Positions 37,008 to 45,372 of a DNA stretch of 64,000 nt are shown piece after piece (the first letter of the stretch is position 1; each line of letters begins with the position of its first letter). Origin of the DNA: Dehalococcoidia bacterium (GTDB lineage Bacteria > Chloroflexota > Dehalococcoidia > Lucifugimonadales > JAGWBF01). A program made the translations under genes and the position numbers. Location: the NCBI GenBank assembly GCA_963663025.1, contig OY760073.1, positions 613,567 to 677,566 of the forward strand, given 5' to 3'. Below the pieces are notes generated by a model that was not told the origin of the DNA, searched no databases, and was given only the letters and a program-made list of their open reading frames with translations.

Positions 37008-37158
37008 TCACCATCTCCTTTCGGGTTCCGGGCCATGGACCATCAACTGGATTGCCCCCTGTGGGTCCGAAGTTGTATCTACAACATAATTATTGTCGAT
37101 ATACATGCTCAACGGTGTCAAGAGAATGTTCTAAAGACGTTGATCCGGAGGGACTGCC

Positions 37159-37593
37159 CTAGGTGACCGCCGCTGTGACCTGCACTGCCACGCTGCGGCC
37201 CACTGCCTTGAGCGCTTTTTGCACCTGGCTCATGTGGGAGCGGTGGTCCGGGTTGGTCAGCTTGCGCGCGGCGGCTTCGCTTATCCCGAGCCTATTGGCA
37301 AGTTCCACCTTGGTGATGCGCTGACTCCGCATCGCCGAGTACAAAGCAAGCTTGGCGGCCACCACTGTCGGGACGGGGACCGACACCTGCTCGTTCTTCA
37401 GCATAGTGGGAGAGGGAATGTCGCGTTTCTCATGTACGTATCCCGCAAGCGCAGTGGCCAATGCGTCCTCGGCCAGCGCAAGCGTCTCTACCCGGTCTTT
37501 GCCACCCGTAATAGCCTCGGGCACATCGGGGAAGGTGGCTACCACTCCTCCATCTTTGTCGGGCGTTAGCGCGCATGGATATGCGTACATCAT
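37159..37593 (-). CDS. hicB: type II antitoxin HicB with C-terminal XRE-type HTH
   Basis: YAYPCALTPDKDGGVVATFPDVPEAITGG N-terminal HicB fold text. C-terminal ITKVELANRLGISEAAARKL helix-turn-helix. Confidence 0.8.
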   Translation of the reverse strand: MMYAYPCALTPDKDGGVVATFPDVPEAITGGKDRVETLALAEDALATALAGYVHEKRDIPSPTMLKNEQVSVPVPTVVAAKLALYSAMRSQRITKVELANRLGISEAAARKLTNPDHRSHMSQVQKALKAVGRSVAVQVTAAVT

Positions 37594-37596
37594 GTC

Positions 37597-37803
37597 TCAG
37601 AACTCCCTTTGGTCGATGTCGAGCTGCCGTAGCATCGCGGCCAATAGACCCTTGGACAGCTCGCCTTGTTTCACTGTCGTAAATCGGGAGCCAACGTATA
37701 GTCTGCCGTGGCTGCCTCTGCCGCGGGCTGGATTGAAATGGAAGGCTTGCCTATTCCTGCGAGCGTAGTCCCTAGCCCGCCGGATAAACTCGCGGCTGTT
37801 CAC
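37597..37803 (-). CDS. hicA: type II toxin HicA-like mRNA interferase
   Basis: 68 aa. GSHGRLYVG...TTV...LSKGLLAAMLRQLDI resembles the HicA/YcfA family. Lies 3 nt upstream of hicB. Confidence 0.7.
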   Translation of the reverse strand: MNSREFIRRARDYARRNRQAFHFNPARGRGSHGRLYVGSRFTTVKQGELSKGLLAAMLRQLDIDQREF

Positions 37804-37886
37804 GAAAGAATTATCGTACTTTTAGGTACGAATGTCAACCAGGGGTGGTTGTGGAAGAGCGGCAATTGGCCAGTTTTCCCTTGCCC

Positions 37887-37916
37887 TTGACAGCCTATTG
37901 GGGGGCCGCCTAAAAT
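37887..37916 (+). promoter_or_regulatory. candidate sigma70-type promoter driving the cobalamin riboswitch
   Basis: TTGACA (37887-37892), 18-nt spacer, TAAAAT (37911-37916), about 25 nt upstream of the riboswitch P1 helix. Confidence 0.5.
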
Positions 37917-37942
37917 CCGGCCTGAAACAACATAAGCCACTG

Positions 37943-38208
37943 TCCGTTCAGGTGCCCACCCAGGGAGAATAGGGAAGGCGGTAAGAGTCCGCCGCGGTAG
38001 CGCCACTGTAAGCGGGTCTAGGTGCCGGAGCCCACTGTCGATAGGCCGATGGGAAGGGCCCGATGAAGGAAACCACCCGTGAGCCAGGAGACCTGCCTGA
38101 ACGGAGGGTGACCACTCTCCGCACCAGAGAGGGTCCCTTATCCCCCGGCAAGAGTTCCGGGCAGAAGGATAGACCTCCAGCGGGGAGCCGCCGGAGGTCT
38201 TTTTGTTT
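37943..38208 (+). promoter_or_regulatory. cobalamin (B12) riboswitch with terminator expression platform
   Basis: 10-bp P1 helix: TCCGTTCAGG (37943-37952) pairs with CCTGAACGGA (38096-38105). Conserved core AAUAGGGAAGGCGGUAAGAGUCCGCC. B12 box GCCACUG (38002-38008). 3' core GAGCCAGGAGACCUGCC. Followed by an intrinsic terminator and B12-salvage genes. Confidence 0.85.
38171..38208 (+). terminator. intrinsic terminator (riboswitch expression platform)
   Basis: AGACCTCC (38171-38178) pairs with GGAGGTCT (38193-38200). Inner GCGG-GGAG-CCGC stem-loop. Followed by TTTTTGTTT. Confidence 0.7.
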
Positions 38209-38316
38209 GAGGTTGTGGAGCAATCCAGCATGGGCACCTACCGGCAGTCCTTCGTAACCACTGGGCTATCGATGGCTGCAGTCCTAGCAAAGCTTAGACT
38301 TCCTGAGTAGCCAGAT

Positions 38317-39138
38317 ATGAACTGCGCCAGAGAGCAAGGGATATCGGTAGAAGGCCTGACGTGGGAGATCGATGCCAGGAGGATCCTGGACGGTGTGGGC
38401 CTGCATGCCGGCCGGGGCCAGTTCGTTGGCTTGGTCGGACCGAACGGCGCCGGCAAGTCCACACTGCTGAGAGCCATCTCCGGGATCCTTTCCCATGTGG
38501 AAGGCTCGGTGCATCTGGATGGGGAGGACATCAGGTCCCTGTCCTCGCGAAAGGTCGCAGCAAACCTCGCCCTCGTTCCGCAGATTGCGCCCTACACCTA
38601 CGGGTTTACCAGCTTAGAGCTTGTGCTAATGGGTAGGTACCCCCATCTTGGGCGCTTCCAGATCGAGGGCAATAATGACCACCGGATCGCTATGGATGCG
38701 ATGGAGCTCACCGAAACCGGAGAGTTCGCCGAAAGGACGATGGACACATTGTCGGGAGGAGAACGCCAGAGGGTCCTGGTGGCGAGGGCGCTGGCCCAGC
38801 AGCCCCGCGTACTGCTGCTGGACGAACCCACATCGAACCTGGACATCCTGCACCAGCTCAAGGTGCTGGATGTGGTGCGACAACTGGTGGACGATGGCCT
38901 TGCTGCCATCGCTGCCATCCACGATCTGAATATGGCTGCACGCTACTGCGACAGGCTGGTTCTGCTGCAAGAGGGACGGGTAGTCGTAGAGGGGTTTGCA
39001 GAGGATGTCCTGACGCCGGAGACCATCGAGTCCGCCTTTGGGGTAAGAGCCGCTGTGTACCGTGACCCCATCACAGAATGTTTGGCCATAAGCCTCATCG
39101 GCCCGGCAGACACGAGAGGTAACGGCACTAGCACCTAG
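38317..39138 (+). CDS. ABC transporter ATP-binding protein, FepC/BtuD/HmuV (iron-siderophore/cobalamin/heme) type
   Basis: Walker A GPNGAGKST, signature LSGGERQR, Walker B LLLDEPTS. MGRYPH motif typical of the FecE/BtuD clade. Confidence 0.85.
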   Translation: MNCAREQGISVEGLTWEIDARRILDGVGLHAGRGQFVGLVGPNGAGKSTLLRAISGILSHVEGSVHLDGEDIRSLSSRKVAANLALVPQIAPYTYGFTSLELVLMGRYPHLGRFQIEGNNDHRIAMDAMELTETGEFAERTMDTLSGGERQRVLVARALAQQPRVLLLDEPTSNLDILHQLKVLDVVRQLVDDGLAAIAAIHDLNMAARYCDRLVLLQEGRVVVEGFAEDVLTPETIESAFGVRAAVYRDPITECLAISLIGPADTRGNGTST

Positions 39139-39192
39139 GGATGGGGCCAGGCTAGTAGCCCCGCTAGAGACTAGACCCATGGAGAATAGGCC

Positions 39193-40272
39193 ATGGCCTT
39201 GGAAGATGTGGTTGGTCGAATCGGAAGGGCGGACAGCCGGGCAATGGGAGAAGCTGAGCTCCGGCAAGGACGCTTAACCAAACCGCCTAGCAGCCTTGGA
39301 CGCCTGGAAGGCCTGTCAGTTCAGCTGGCCGGAATATTCGGCACCAAACGCCCGGCAATCAGGGGCAAGGCCCTTATCGTGGCGGCTGCCGATCATGGCG
39401 TGGTGGCCCAGAATGTGACTTCATATCCCCAAGCGGTAACCGCCCAGATGGTACTGAACTTCCTCGAGGGCGGCGCCGCGGTAAATGTCATGGCTCGCAA
39501 GGCAGGGGTGGACCTGGTCATCGTGGATGCAGGCGTTGTTGCCCCGCTGCCTACCCATCCTAAGCTGAGGGTGATTGGCGTCGGCGGCGGCACAGGCGAC
39601 ATCACCCGGGGGCCGGCCATGTCGCGTGAGCAGGCCGAAACCTGCGTCTTGGCGGGAGTCGGGCTTGCTTTGGAAGCTGCTGAGAAGGGCGCGGACATGA
39701 TCGGCGGTGGCGATATGGGAATTGGCAACACCACCGCATCCAGCGCCATAGCGTCAGCCTTGACGGGAAAGACGGCCGAGGAAACGACGGGTAGGGGCAC
39801 GGGCCGCACCGACCAGCAGTTGGAGCACAAGGTCCAGGTTGTCCAACAGGCCCTTGAAGTGAATCGCCCTGATCCCGGCGATGGTCTGGATGTCCTGGCC
39901 AAGGTAGGTGGATTCGAGATTGGCGTGCTGGCCGGTGTCGTACTTGGGGGCGCCATGGCCCGCCGGGTGGCGGTTCTCGACGGCTTTATCTCCGGGGCCG
40001 CCGGACTGATAGCCCAGGCCCTGTGTCCGCAGGTCAGGGACTACATGGTGGCCTCCCATCTGTCCGCAGAAGGAGGGCATCGAGTCGTTCTGTCGCACCT
40101 GGGACTGGAGCCCCTGCTGGACCTGGGGATGCGCCTGGGGGAGGGCACCGGGGCTGTGCTGGCGATGGGCCTGATCGAAGCAGCCGCTGCTTGCCTCGCT
40201 GAGATGGCGACCTTCGAAGGGGCGGGGGTCTCCGATAGGGAAGGGAACGGAGAACCAGAGGGGGCTAGTTGA
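39193..40272 (+). CDS. cobT: nicotinate-nucleotide--dimethylbenzimidazole phosphoribosyltransferase
   Basis: 359 aa. LTKPPSSLGRLE, AADHGV, GDMGIGNTT and LGEGTGA motifs. Confidence 0.9.
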   Translation: MALEDVVGRIGRADSRAMGEAELRQGRLTKPPSSLGRLEGLSVQLAGIFGTKRPAIRGKALIVAAADHGVVAQNVTSYPQAVTAQMVLNFLEGGAAVNVMARKAGVDLVIVDAGVVAPLPTHPKLRVIGVGGGTGDITRGPAMSREQAETCVLAGVGLALEAAEKGADMIGGGDMGIGNTTASSAIASALTGKTAEETTGRGTGRTDQQLEHKVQVVQQALEVNRPDPGDGLDVLAKVGGFEIGVLAGVVLGGAMARRVAVLDGFISGAAGLIAQALCPQVRDYMVASHLSAEGGHRVVLSHLGLEPLLDLGMRLGEGTGAVLAMGLIEAAAACLAEMATFEGAGVSDREGNGEPEGAS

Positions 40273-41030
40273 AGGGCCTCGGGGCCGCCATTAGCTTTCT
40301 GACCATATTCCCTGTTCCCAGGGGGTACAGGGCTTCGATGGTCCATGCCCCGGCATGGTTTCCGCTTGTGGGACTCGGCCTTGGGGGGATCCTTGCAGGG
40401 TTAGACTACGCAGCGGGCCTGGCGTTGCCTACGCTGGTCGTGGGAGCGCTGTTGCTTGCGGCGCTGCTGGTCCTGACGCGGGCGTTGCACACCGAGGGGT
40501 TCCTGGACTCCTGCGATGGGTTGCTGGGAGGTTTCACGCGCCAAAGGCGTCTGGAGATCATGCGAGACCCCCACGTGGGAGCCTTTGCGGTGATCGGGTG
40601 CGCGGCTTTACTCCTGCTCAAGTGGAGCCTGCTTGTAGCCATCCCGGCCGGCGTGCGGACATTTCTGCTGATCGTGTTCCCTTGTTTCTCCCGGCTGGGC
40701 ATCCTGTCCACCATGACGCTCTTCAGGTACGCCAGGGAGGAAGGAATGGGTGCGGCTTTCCAGGCGGGAGGCGGCTGGTGGAGGGTGGCCTTCGGCTCTG
40801 CCACTGCGGTGTCGGCAGGAATCCTGTTCCTCTGGACCGCCGGGCCGGTAATGCTTGCGGCAGCCGTCCTCGTATCCCTGGGATTCGGTTGGTGGAGCTC
40901 GCGCCTGTTGCGGGGAATGACGGGCGATACCTACGGTGCGGCCAATGAGACAGGAGAGGTGGCTGTGCTGCTGGCGGGGATCATCCTGTATGATGCAGTA
41001 CCCAACATGTTCGAGGCTCCCTTCTGGTAG
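40269..41030 (+). CDS. cobS: adenosylcobinamide-GDP ribazoletransferase (cobalamin synthase)
   Basis: 253-aa polytopic membrane protein. FLTIFPVP N-terminus and HTEGFLDSCDG motif. Overlaps the cobT stop by 4 nt. Confidence 0.85.
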   Translation: MKGLGAAISFLTIFPVPRGYRASMVHAPAWFPLVGLGLGGILAGLDYAAGLALPTLVVGALLLAALLVLTRALHTEGFLDSCDGLLGGFTRQRRLEIMRDPHVGAFAVIGCAALLLLKWSLLVAIPAGVRTFLLIVFPCFSRLGILSTMTLFRYAREEGMGAAFQAGGGWWRVAFGSATAVSAGILFLWTAGPVMLAAAVLVSLGFGWWSSRLLRGMTGDTYGAANETGEVAVLLAGIILYDAVPNMFEAPFW

Positions 41031-41074
41031 ATCCCTAGCGGAAGGGACAACCCTGTGGGTCAGGATGTAGGACG

Positions 41075-41713
41075 ATGGGAAGCTGGTACCTGGTACGACA
41101 CGGCGAGACCGACTGGAACCGGGATGGCATGATTCAGGGCCATCGGGACCCTCCCCTGAACGAACGCGGCGTAGAGGCCACCCAATCGCTGGCCAGGAGG
41201 GTTGCTCCTTATGGACTCGCGGCCGCCTACTCCAGCGACCTTGCCCGGGCCGAAGAAACGACGAAGGTCATCCTAGAGGGTAGACCAGTGCCGGCTGGGA
41301 CCGACAGGGACCTTCGCGAGTTCTCCTATGGTAAGTGGGAGGGTATGACCATGGATGAAGCCAGGTCGCTGGAGCCCGGAGTGTTCGACAGGCAGCTTGG
41401 CTTGGGAAACGGCGAATTCGCGGCCCCGGGAGGGGAGACGACCGCCCAGCTTCTGGGGCGGGTGAGGCGGTTCTATGCCCGGACAATCGAGCGCCATGAT
41501 CCTGACGAAAACCTTCTCGTCGTGACCCACGGTGGGCCGGTCCGCGCCCTCCTGGTGCTTCTGTTGGGCTTGCCCCGGGAGTATTTCTGGCGGTTCCGGG
41601 TTGATCTAGGGAGCCTTTCTGTCGTTAGCAATCAAAGCGGCGGCCGTGTGTTGGAGGTCTGGAACGACACCGGCCATCTGCCTCGCAGGTCTCGGGAGCC
41701 AGGCGTTGGGTAG
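41075..41713 (+). CDS. cobC: histidine phosphatase family protein, alpha-ribazole phosphatase-like
   Basis: The RHGETDWN phosphohistidine motif, a length of 212 aa, and a position between cobS and cobU all fit cobC. Confidence 0.75.
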   Translation: MGSWYLVRHGETDWNRDGMIQGHRDPPLNERGVEATQSLARRVAPYGLAAAYSSDLARAEETTKVILEGRPVPAGTDRDLREFSYGKWEGMTMDEARSLEPGVFDRQLGLGNGEFAAPGGETTAQLLGRVRRFYARTIERHDPDENLLVVTHGGPVRALLVLLLGLPREYFWRFRVDLGSLSVVSNQSGGRVLEVWNDTGHLPRRSREPGVG

Positions 41714-42248
41714 GACCCTCACGTTGGTGCTGGGAGGATCGCGGGCAGGAAAGAGCAACTATGCCCAACACCTGGCGGCCGGGGGAGAGCGGGTGTTGTT
41801 CGTGGCGACGGCGGAGGTGGGCGACGAGGAAATGAGGGAGCGGATCGAGGCCCACCGACTTGCCCGGCCCAGGGACTGGGACACCCTCGAAGAGCCCATA
41901 GACCTTGCGGGCGCGCTGGCTCCCGTCGCGGATCGCTACGACACGATTCTCCTGGACTGCCTCACCATGTGGGTCAGCAACCTGCTCTTAAGGGGCCAGG
42001 ATGCGGGAACGGCGCGGGAGAGTGTTCTTCCCGAAGTCCGGAAGCTGCTGGACGCCTACAGGAGCAGCAGCGTTTCCTGGATCGTGGTCAGCAACGAGGT
42101 GGGCATGGGTGTTGTCCCACCATCGGAGCTGGGACGCATCTATGCCGATAAACTTGGACGGGTAAACCAGTACTTCGCCGCGGAGGCTGATGCTGTGTAT
42201 CTCATGGTCGCGGGCATCCCAATGCCCATCAAAAAGCCCGGCGCGTAA
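41706..42248 (+). CDS. cobU: bifunctional adenosylcobinamide kinase / adenosylcobinamide-phosphate guanylyltransferase
   Basis: P-loop LVLGGSRAGKS near the N-terminus. Start set at TTG 41706 (TTG 41724 and GTG 27 are alternatives). The track ORF start at 41646 lies inside cobC. Confidence 0.8.
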   Translation: MGRTLTLVLGGSRAGKSNYAQHLAAGGERVLFVATAEVGDEEMRERIEAHRLARPRDWDTLEEPIDLAGALAPVADRYDTILLDCLTMWVSNLLLRGQDAGTARESVLPEVRKLLDAYRSSSVSWIVVSNEVGMGVVPPSELGRIYADKLGRVNQYFAAEADAVYLMVAGIPMPIKKPGA

Positions 42249-42309
42249 GGCTGCCCTCACGCCTGGAACATTCTCCACTGGGGAGAACCCTTACCTGACC
42301 AGCCGTTTC

Positions 42310-42645
42310 TTATTCCATCATCAACGCGTCTACGGTGGTGTCCAAGGCATTAGCTATGCGGAACAAGGCTAAGGCAGAACCAGCCTTGCGACCGCTTTCG
42401 ATTTCAGACAGGTAGCTCACTGAGACCCCCGCCTTCAGGGACAGTTGGCGCAGGGTGATGCCCCTGTGCTCCCTGTAGGCTCGGATTGGACTCTTGCCGT
42501 CGAAGATGGCAAGGGCCACCTGGTGAGGAACCCTTACGCCGTTGTCAGCATCCATAGCGGCCAGTCTATCCTCCAGTTCGCTACAACGCTCCACAAGGGC
42601 GTCGTATTCTGCCTGAGGTAGGGTGATTGTAGTTGTGCTAGTCAT
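42310..42645 (-). CDS. XRE-family HTH antitoxin
   Basis: 111 aa. C-terminal HTH ITLRQLSLKAGVSVSYLSEIESGRK. Overlaps the upstream RelE/ParE gene by 8 nt. Confidence 0.7.
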   Translation of the reverse strand: MTSTTTITLPQAEYDALVERCSELEDRLAAMDADNGVRVPHQVALAIFDGKSPIRAYREHRGITLRQLSLKAGVSVSYLSEIESGRKAGSALALFRIANALDTTVDALMME

Positions 42646-42907
42646 AGGCTTCTCTCCTGTGTCTAACTCTCAGGACTACCATTTCCGGTGACTGATCACC
42701 TTCAAGACTGAATATGACCCGGTGGTCGCCCACCCTTAACCGCATATAGGCGCTGCCGGTCAACGTGATCACCTGCCGGGCAAGGGAGGCGGGATCCCCG
42801 GCATATTGTTCTATCTTGGCAAGAACCCGGTTCCTGTCACGTGGGGTGAGCCGGCGGACGACTCTAATGGCCTTAACGGTCCACTGGATCGACATTGGCT
42901 CCCGCAC
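42638..42907 (-). CDS. relE: RelE/ParE-family type II toxin
   Basis: 89 aa. ...YMRLRVGDHRVIFSLEGD...VVLRVRHRREAY is the characteristic RelE/ParE C-terminal pattern. Toxin-first (HigBA-like) gene order. Confidence 0.75.
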   Translation of the reverse strand: MREPMSIQWTVKAIRVVRRLTPRDRNRVLAKIEQYAGDPASLARQVITLTGSAYMRLRVGDHRVIFSLEGDQSPEMVVLRVRHRREAYD

Positions 42908-42976
42908 ATCAGTATGTTCGCAAATAGCGAAAGCACTGTCAAGGCGGGTCGGTCCTTGAGATCGGTGAGTCTGCCC

Positions 42977-43420
42977 TTAGAACTGGCGGCTGATGTTGTC
43001 AGCGAACTCCCGGAGGATGGAGTCTGCCTTTTTGCGGATGATGGGCTGGCCCAGCTCTCCCAGCTTGCCCATGAAGGAGATGTCGCTGATGACTACCACC
43101 TCGGTCTCCGAATCGGAAAGATCGACCAGGTTGACTATCATGTCACCAGTCACACCTCCGCCCAAGCGCCGGTCCGCACCTTCCACCCTCATGGTAGCCT
43201 GCCACAGGTCCTTGTCCATGCCAGTGACCACCATGGTGCCGGTGATGTTAAGGCTGACGGGGCCGACCCTGACCTGCATGGTGCCCTTGTAGCTCTGGTC
43301 GCCGTCGGCCTCTACCTCTTTGACGCCGGGGAAACACTTCCCGACTCGGGGCATATCCAACATCAGGTCCCACACCTGTTCCCGGTTGGCCGGGGCGGCG
43401 AATCGATGCTCCGTCTTCAT
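42977..43420 (-). CDS. SRPBCC-fold CoxG-like carbon monoxide dehydrogenase subunit G family protein
   Basis: 147 aa. EQVWDLMLDMPRVGKCFPGV...GTMQVRVGPVSL pattern. Overlaps the coxM-like stop by 4 nt. Confidence 0.75.
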   Translation of the reverse strand: MKTEHRFAAPANREQVWDLMLDMPRVGKCFPGVKEVEADGDQSYKGTMQVRVGPVSLNITGTMVVTGMDKDLWQATMRVEGADRRLGGGVTGDMIVNLVDLSDSETEVVVISDISFMGKLGELGQPIIRKKADSILREFADNISRQF

Positions 43421-44295
43421 GCGGGCACCGCCGGGACCTTGGCCAACGCTGCTTCCAGGGCGCGCCTGGCAAACACCTGGGCCATCTGGCGTTTGTAGCC
43501 CGAGGAGCCCCGGAAGTCATCCAGGGGGTCCACCTCGTCCTGCACCAGGTCGGCGGCTTCCCGCAACAGGGATGGGGTCAGCTCCCGGCCCCGCAGTGCA
43601 TCCTCCACATTGCGAGCCCGGATGGGCGTGGTAGCCACGGATCCCAGGGCGATCCGGACTTCCCGGCAGTTCTTTCCCCCGTCTTCGAGGGTAACGACTG
43701 CGGCTGCCGAGACGGTGGCGTAGTCGTCGGCAGTGCGAGGGAGGAATTTGATGAAGGCGCCCCCGGATTTAGGGGATGGCAGGGGAACCTCCAGCTCAGT
43801 GACTATCTCCCCGTCGCGAATATCGGTCTCGAAGTAGTCGGTGAAGAACTCATCCATCGGAACGGTGCGCCGGCCTGAAGCTGAGGAGAGCACCACCGAG
43901 GCACCCAGTGCGATGAGGCTGGGAGGAGGGTCCTGGTTAGGGTCGCCATGGGAAAGCCCGCCCCCAATGGTTGCCATGTTCCGAATCTTCACCGATGCCA
44001 CGTGGCGATAGGTCTCGCCGAGGAGGGGAAGCACCTCCCGGAGCTGGGGCGAGGTTTCGATTTGATGCATGGTGCACATTGCCCCGATGTGAGCTGTGCC
44101 GTCTTCTACCCGGATGTAGTCCAAGCCGGGAATGGAGCGCAGGCTGATGAGATGGCCCGGTTGGACCATGCGCTGCTTCATGAACAGGACCAGTCCGGTG
44201 CCTCCGGCAATGATGTTGGCATCGTCGCCGTGAGTCGCCAGGAGGCTGTAGGCTTCGTCCAGGGAGGCCGGCGTGTGAAACTCGAAGGTGTTCAT
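43417..44295 (-). CDS. FAD-binding medium subunit (CoxM-like), second copy
   Basis: 292 aa. FEFHTPASLDEA...AGGTGLVLFMK...ATIGGG pattern. Confidence 0.85.
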   Translation of the reverse strand: MNTFEFHTPASLDEAYSLLATHGDDANIIAGGTGLVLFMKQRMVQPGHLISLRSIPGLDYIRVEDGTAHIGAMCTMHQIETSPQLREVLPLLGETYRHVASVKIRNMATIGGGLSHGDPNQDPPPSLIALGASVVLSSASGRRTVPMDEFFTDYFETDIRDGEIVTELEVPLPSPKSGGAFIKFLPRTADDYATVSAAAVVTLEDGGKNCREVRIALGSVATTPIRARNVEDALRGRELTPSLLREAADLVQDEVDPLDDFRGSSGYKRQMAQVFARRALEAALAKVPAVPA

Positions 44296-44771
44296 TGGGC
44301 GCTGCCCTTTGCCTCAGCTATTGCGTGGGTGATGGACTCCAGGATCTTGTAGTAGCCTGTGCAGCGGCACAGGTTTCCCATCATCCAGTCCTTGATCTCA
44401 TCTTCGGTGGGGTCCGGGTTCTCGTCCAGTAGGGACTTTGCGGCCATAATCTGGCCGGGAGTGCATATGCCACACTGGAAGCCCCCGTGGTCGATGAAGC
44501 TCTGCTGGACGGGGTGTAGGCGCCGGTCGTCCGCCAAACCCTCGATGGTCGTAATCTCTGCCCCGTCGGCCGCCACGGCCAGGGAGATGCAGGAGGCAAC
44601 TATCTTGCCGTTCAGCAGCACGGTGCATGCTCCACACACACCGACGCTGCAGCTCTCCTTGGTGCCCGTTAGGCCCAGATCGTATCTCAGGCAGTCCACC
44701 AGCAGACGCTGCGCCGGCACGCTGAGGTCGTAGTTCTTGCCGTTGACCTTCAGGTGGATGGTCTTGTCCAT
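44292..44771 (-). CDS. (2Fe-2S)-binding small subunit (CoxS-like), second copy
   Basis: 159 aa. CSVGVCGACTV and CGICTPG...CRCTGY motifs. Confidence 0.9.
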   Translation of the reverse strand: MDKTIHLKVNGKNYDLSVPAQRLLVDCLRYDLGLTGTKESCSVGVCGACTVLLNGKIVASCISLAVAADGAEITTIEGLADDRRLHPVQQSFIDHGGFQCGICTPGQIMAAKSLLDENPDPTEDEIKDWMMGNLCRCTGYYKILESITHAIAEAKGSAQ

Positions 44772-44879
44772 TTACGTACCTTTGTGTTGGTTTCGAGCGG
44801 GTGATGGGCATGGGCTATGCCCGCCACGATACTATAACGGGCAGGGGGCTTTGACAAGGGGAGGATAGGCGGGATCCCC

Positions 44880-45332
44880 TTATGCCAGAGGCTTTCGCAT
44901 AAGGAGGTGCTCTATGCCCACTTCCAGGAAAGGTGGTCCCTCGGGGACGTAGCCGTGGGCTGCGTAGAAGTCTTTGACATAAGTCTGGGCATGCAGGGTT
45001 ATGTAACTGGCGCCATTTTCCCGGGCGGATGCCTCCAGGGTTTGAAGAATGCGGGCTCCCAGCCCCTTGCGCCGCCATGCCCTCAGCACAGCCATCCGGC
45101 CGATGCGGGCCTCACTGACGGCGCCTCCAGTCTCCTCGCCAAATACAAGGCGTCCGGTCCCAACGGCTATGCCTCCCACGTAAGCGATAGCGTGAGTGGC
45201 CGTGGGGTCCTCCGAGTCCATCTCCTCTGTCAGGGGAACGCGCTGCTCGAGGACGAACACCTGGGCGCGGATAGCATAGGCCTGCAGGCGTTCGGCCTCG
45301 GTCTGCGCCAGCCTGACCGTCACATCAGACAT
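44880..45332 (-). CDS. GNAT family N-acetyltransferase
   Basis: 150 aa. Acetyl-CoA motif A RMAVLRAWRRKGLGARIL. Confidence 0.8.
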   Translation of the reverse strand: MSDVTVRLAQTEAERLQAYAIRAQVFVLEQRVPLTEEMDSEDPTATHAIAYVGGIAVGTGRLVFGEETGGAVSEARIGRMAVLRAWRRKGLGARILQTLEASARENGASYITLHAQTYVKDFYAAHGYVPEGPPFLEVGIEHLLMRKPLA

Positions 45333-45372
45333 GTGGTTTGCTCTCGACGATGACCAGGCGTGAATAGTCCCC

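Noticed and set aside
36895-37162. Pro-rich 64-aa and 72-aa ORFs on the plus strand.
   Set aside because: They have low-complexity Pro/Phe/Leu text and no SD. They are the antisense image of the Gly-rich small ORF on the minus strand, which does have a strong SD.
37800-38531. ORFs 37800-38237, 37948-38223, 38063-38257 and 38238-38531 around the HicA/ABC-ATPase gap.
   Set aside because: They overlap the cobalamin riboswitch, its terminator and the start of the ABC ATPase. The RNA element explains this region.
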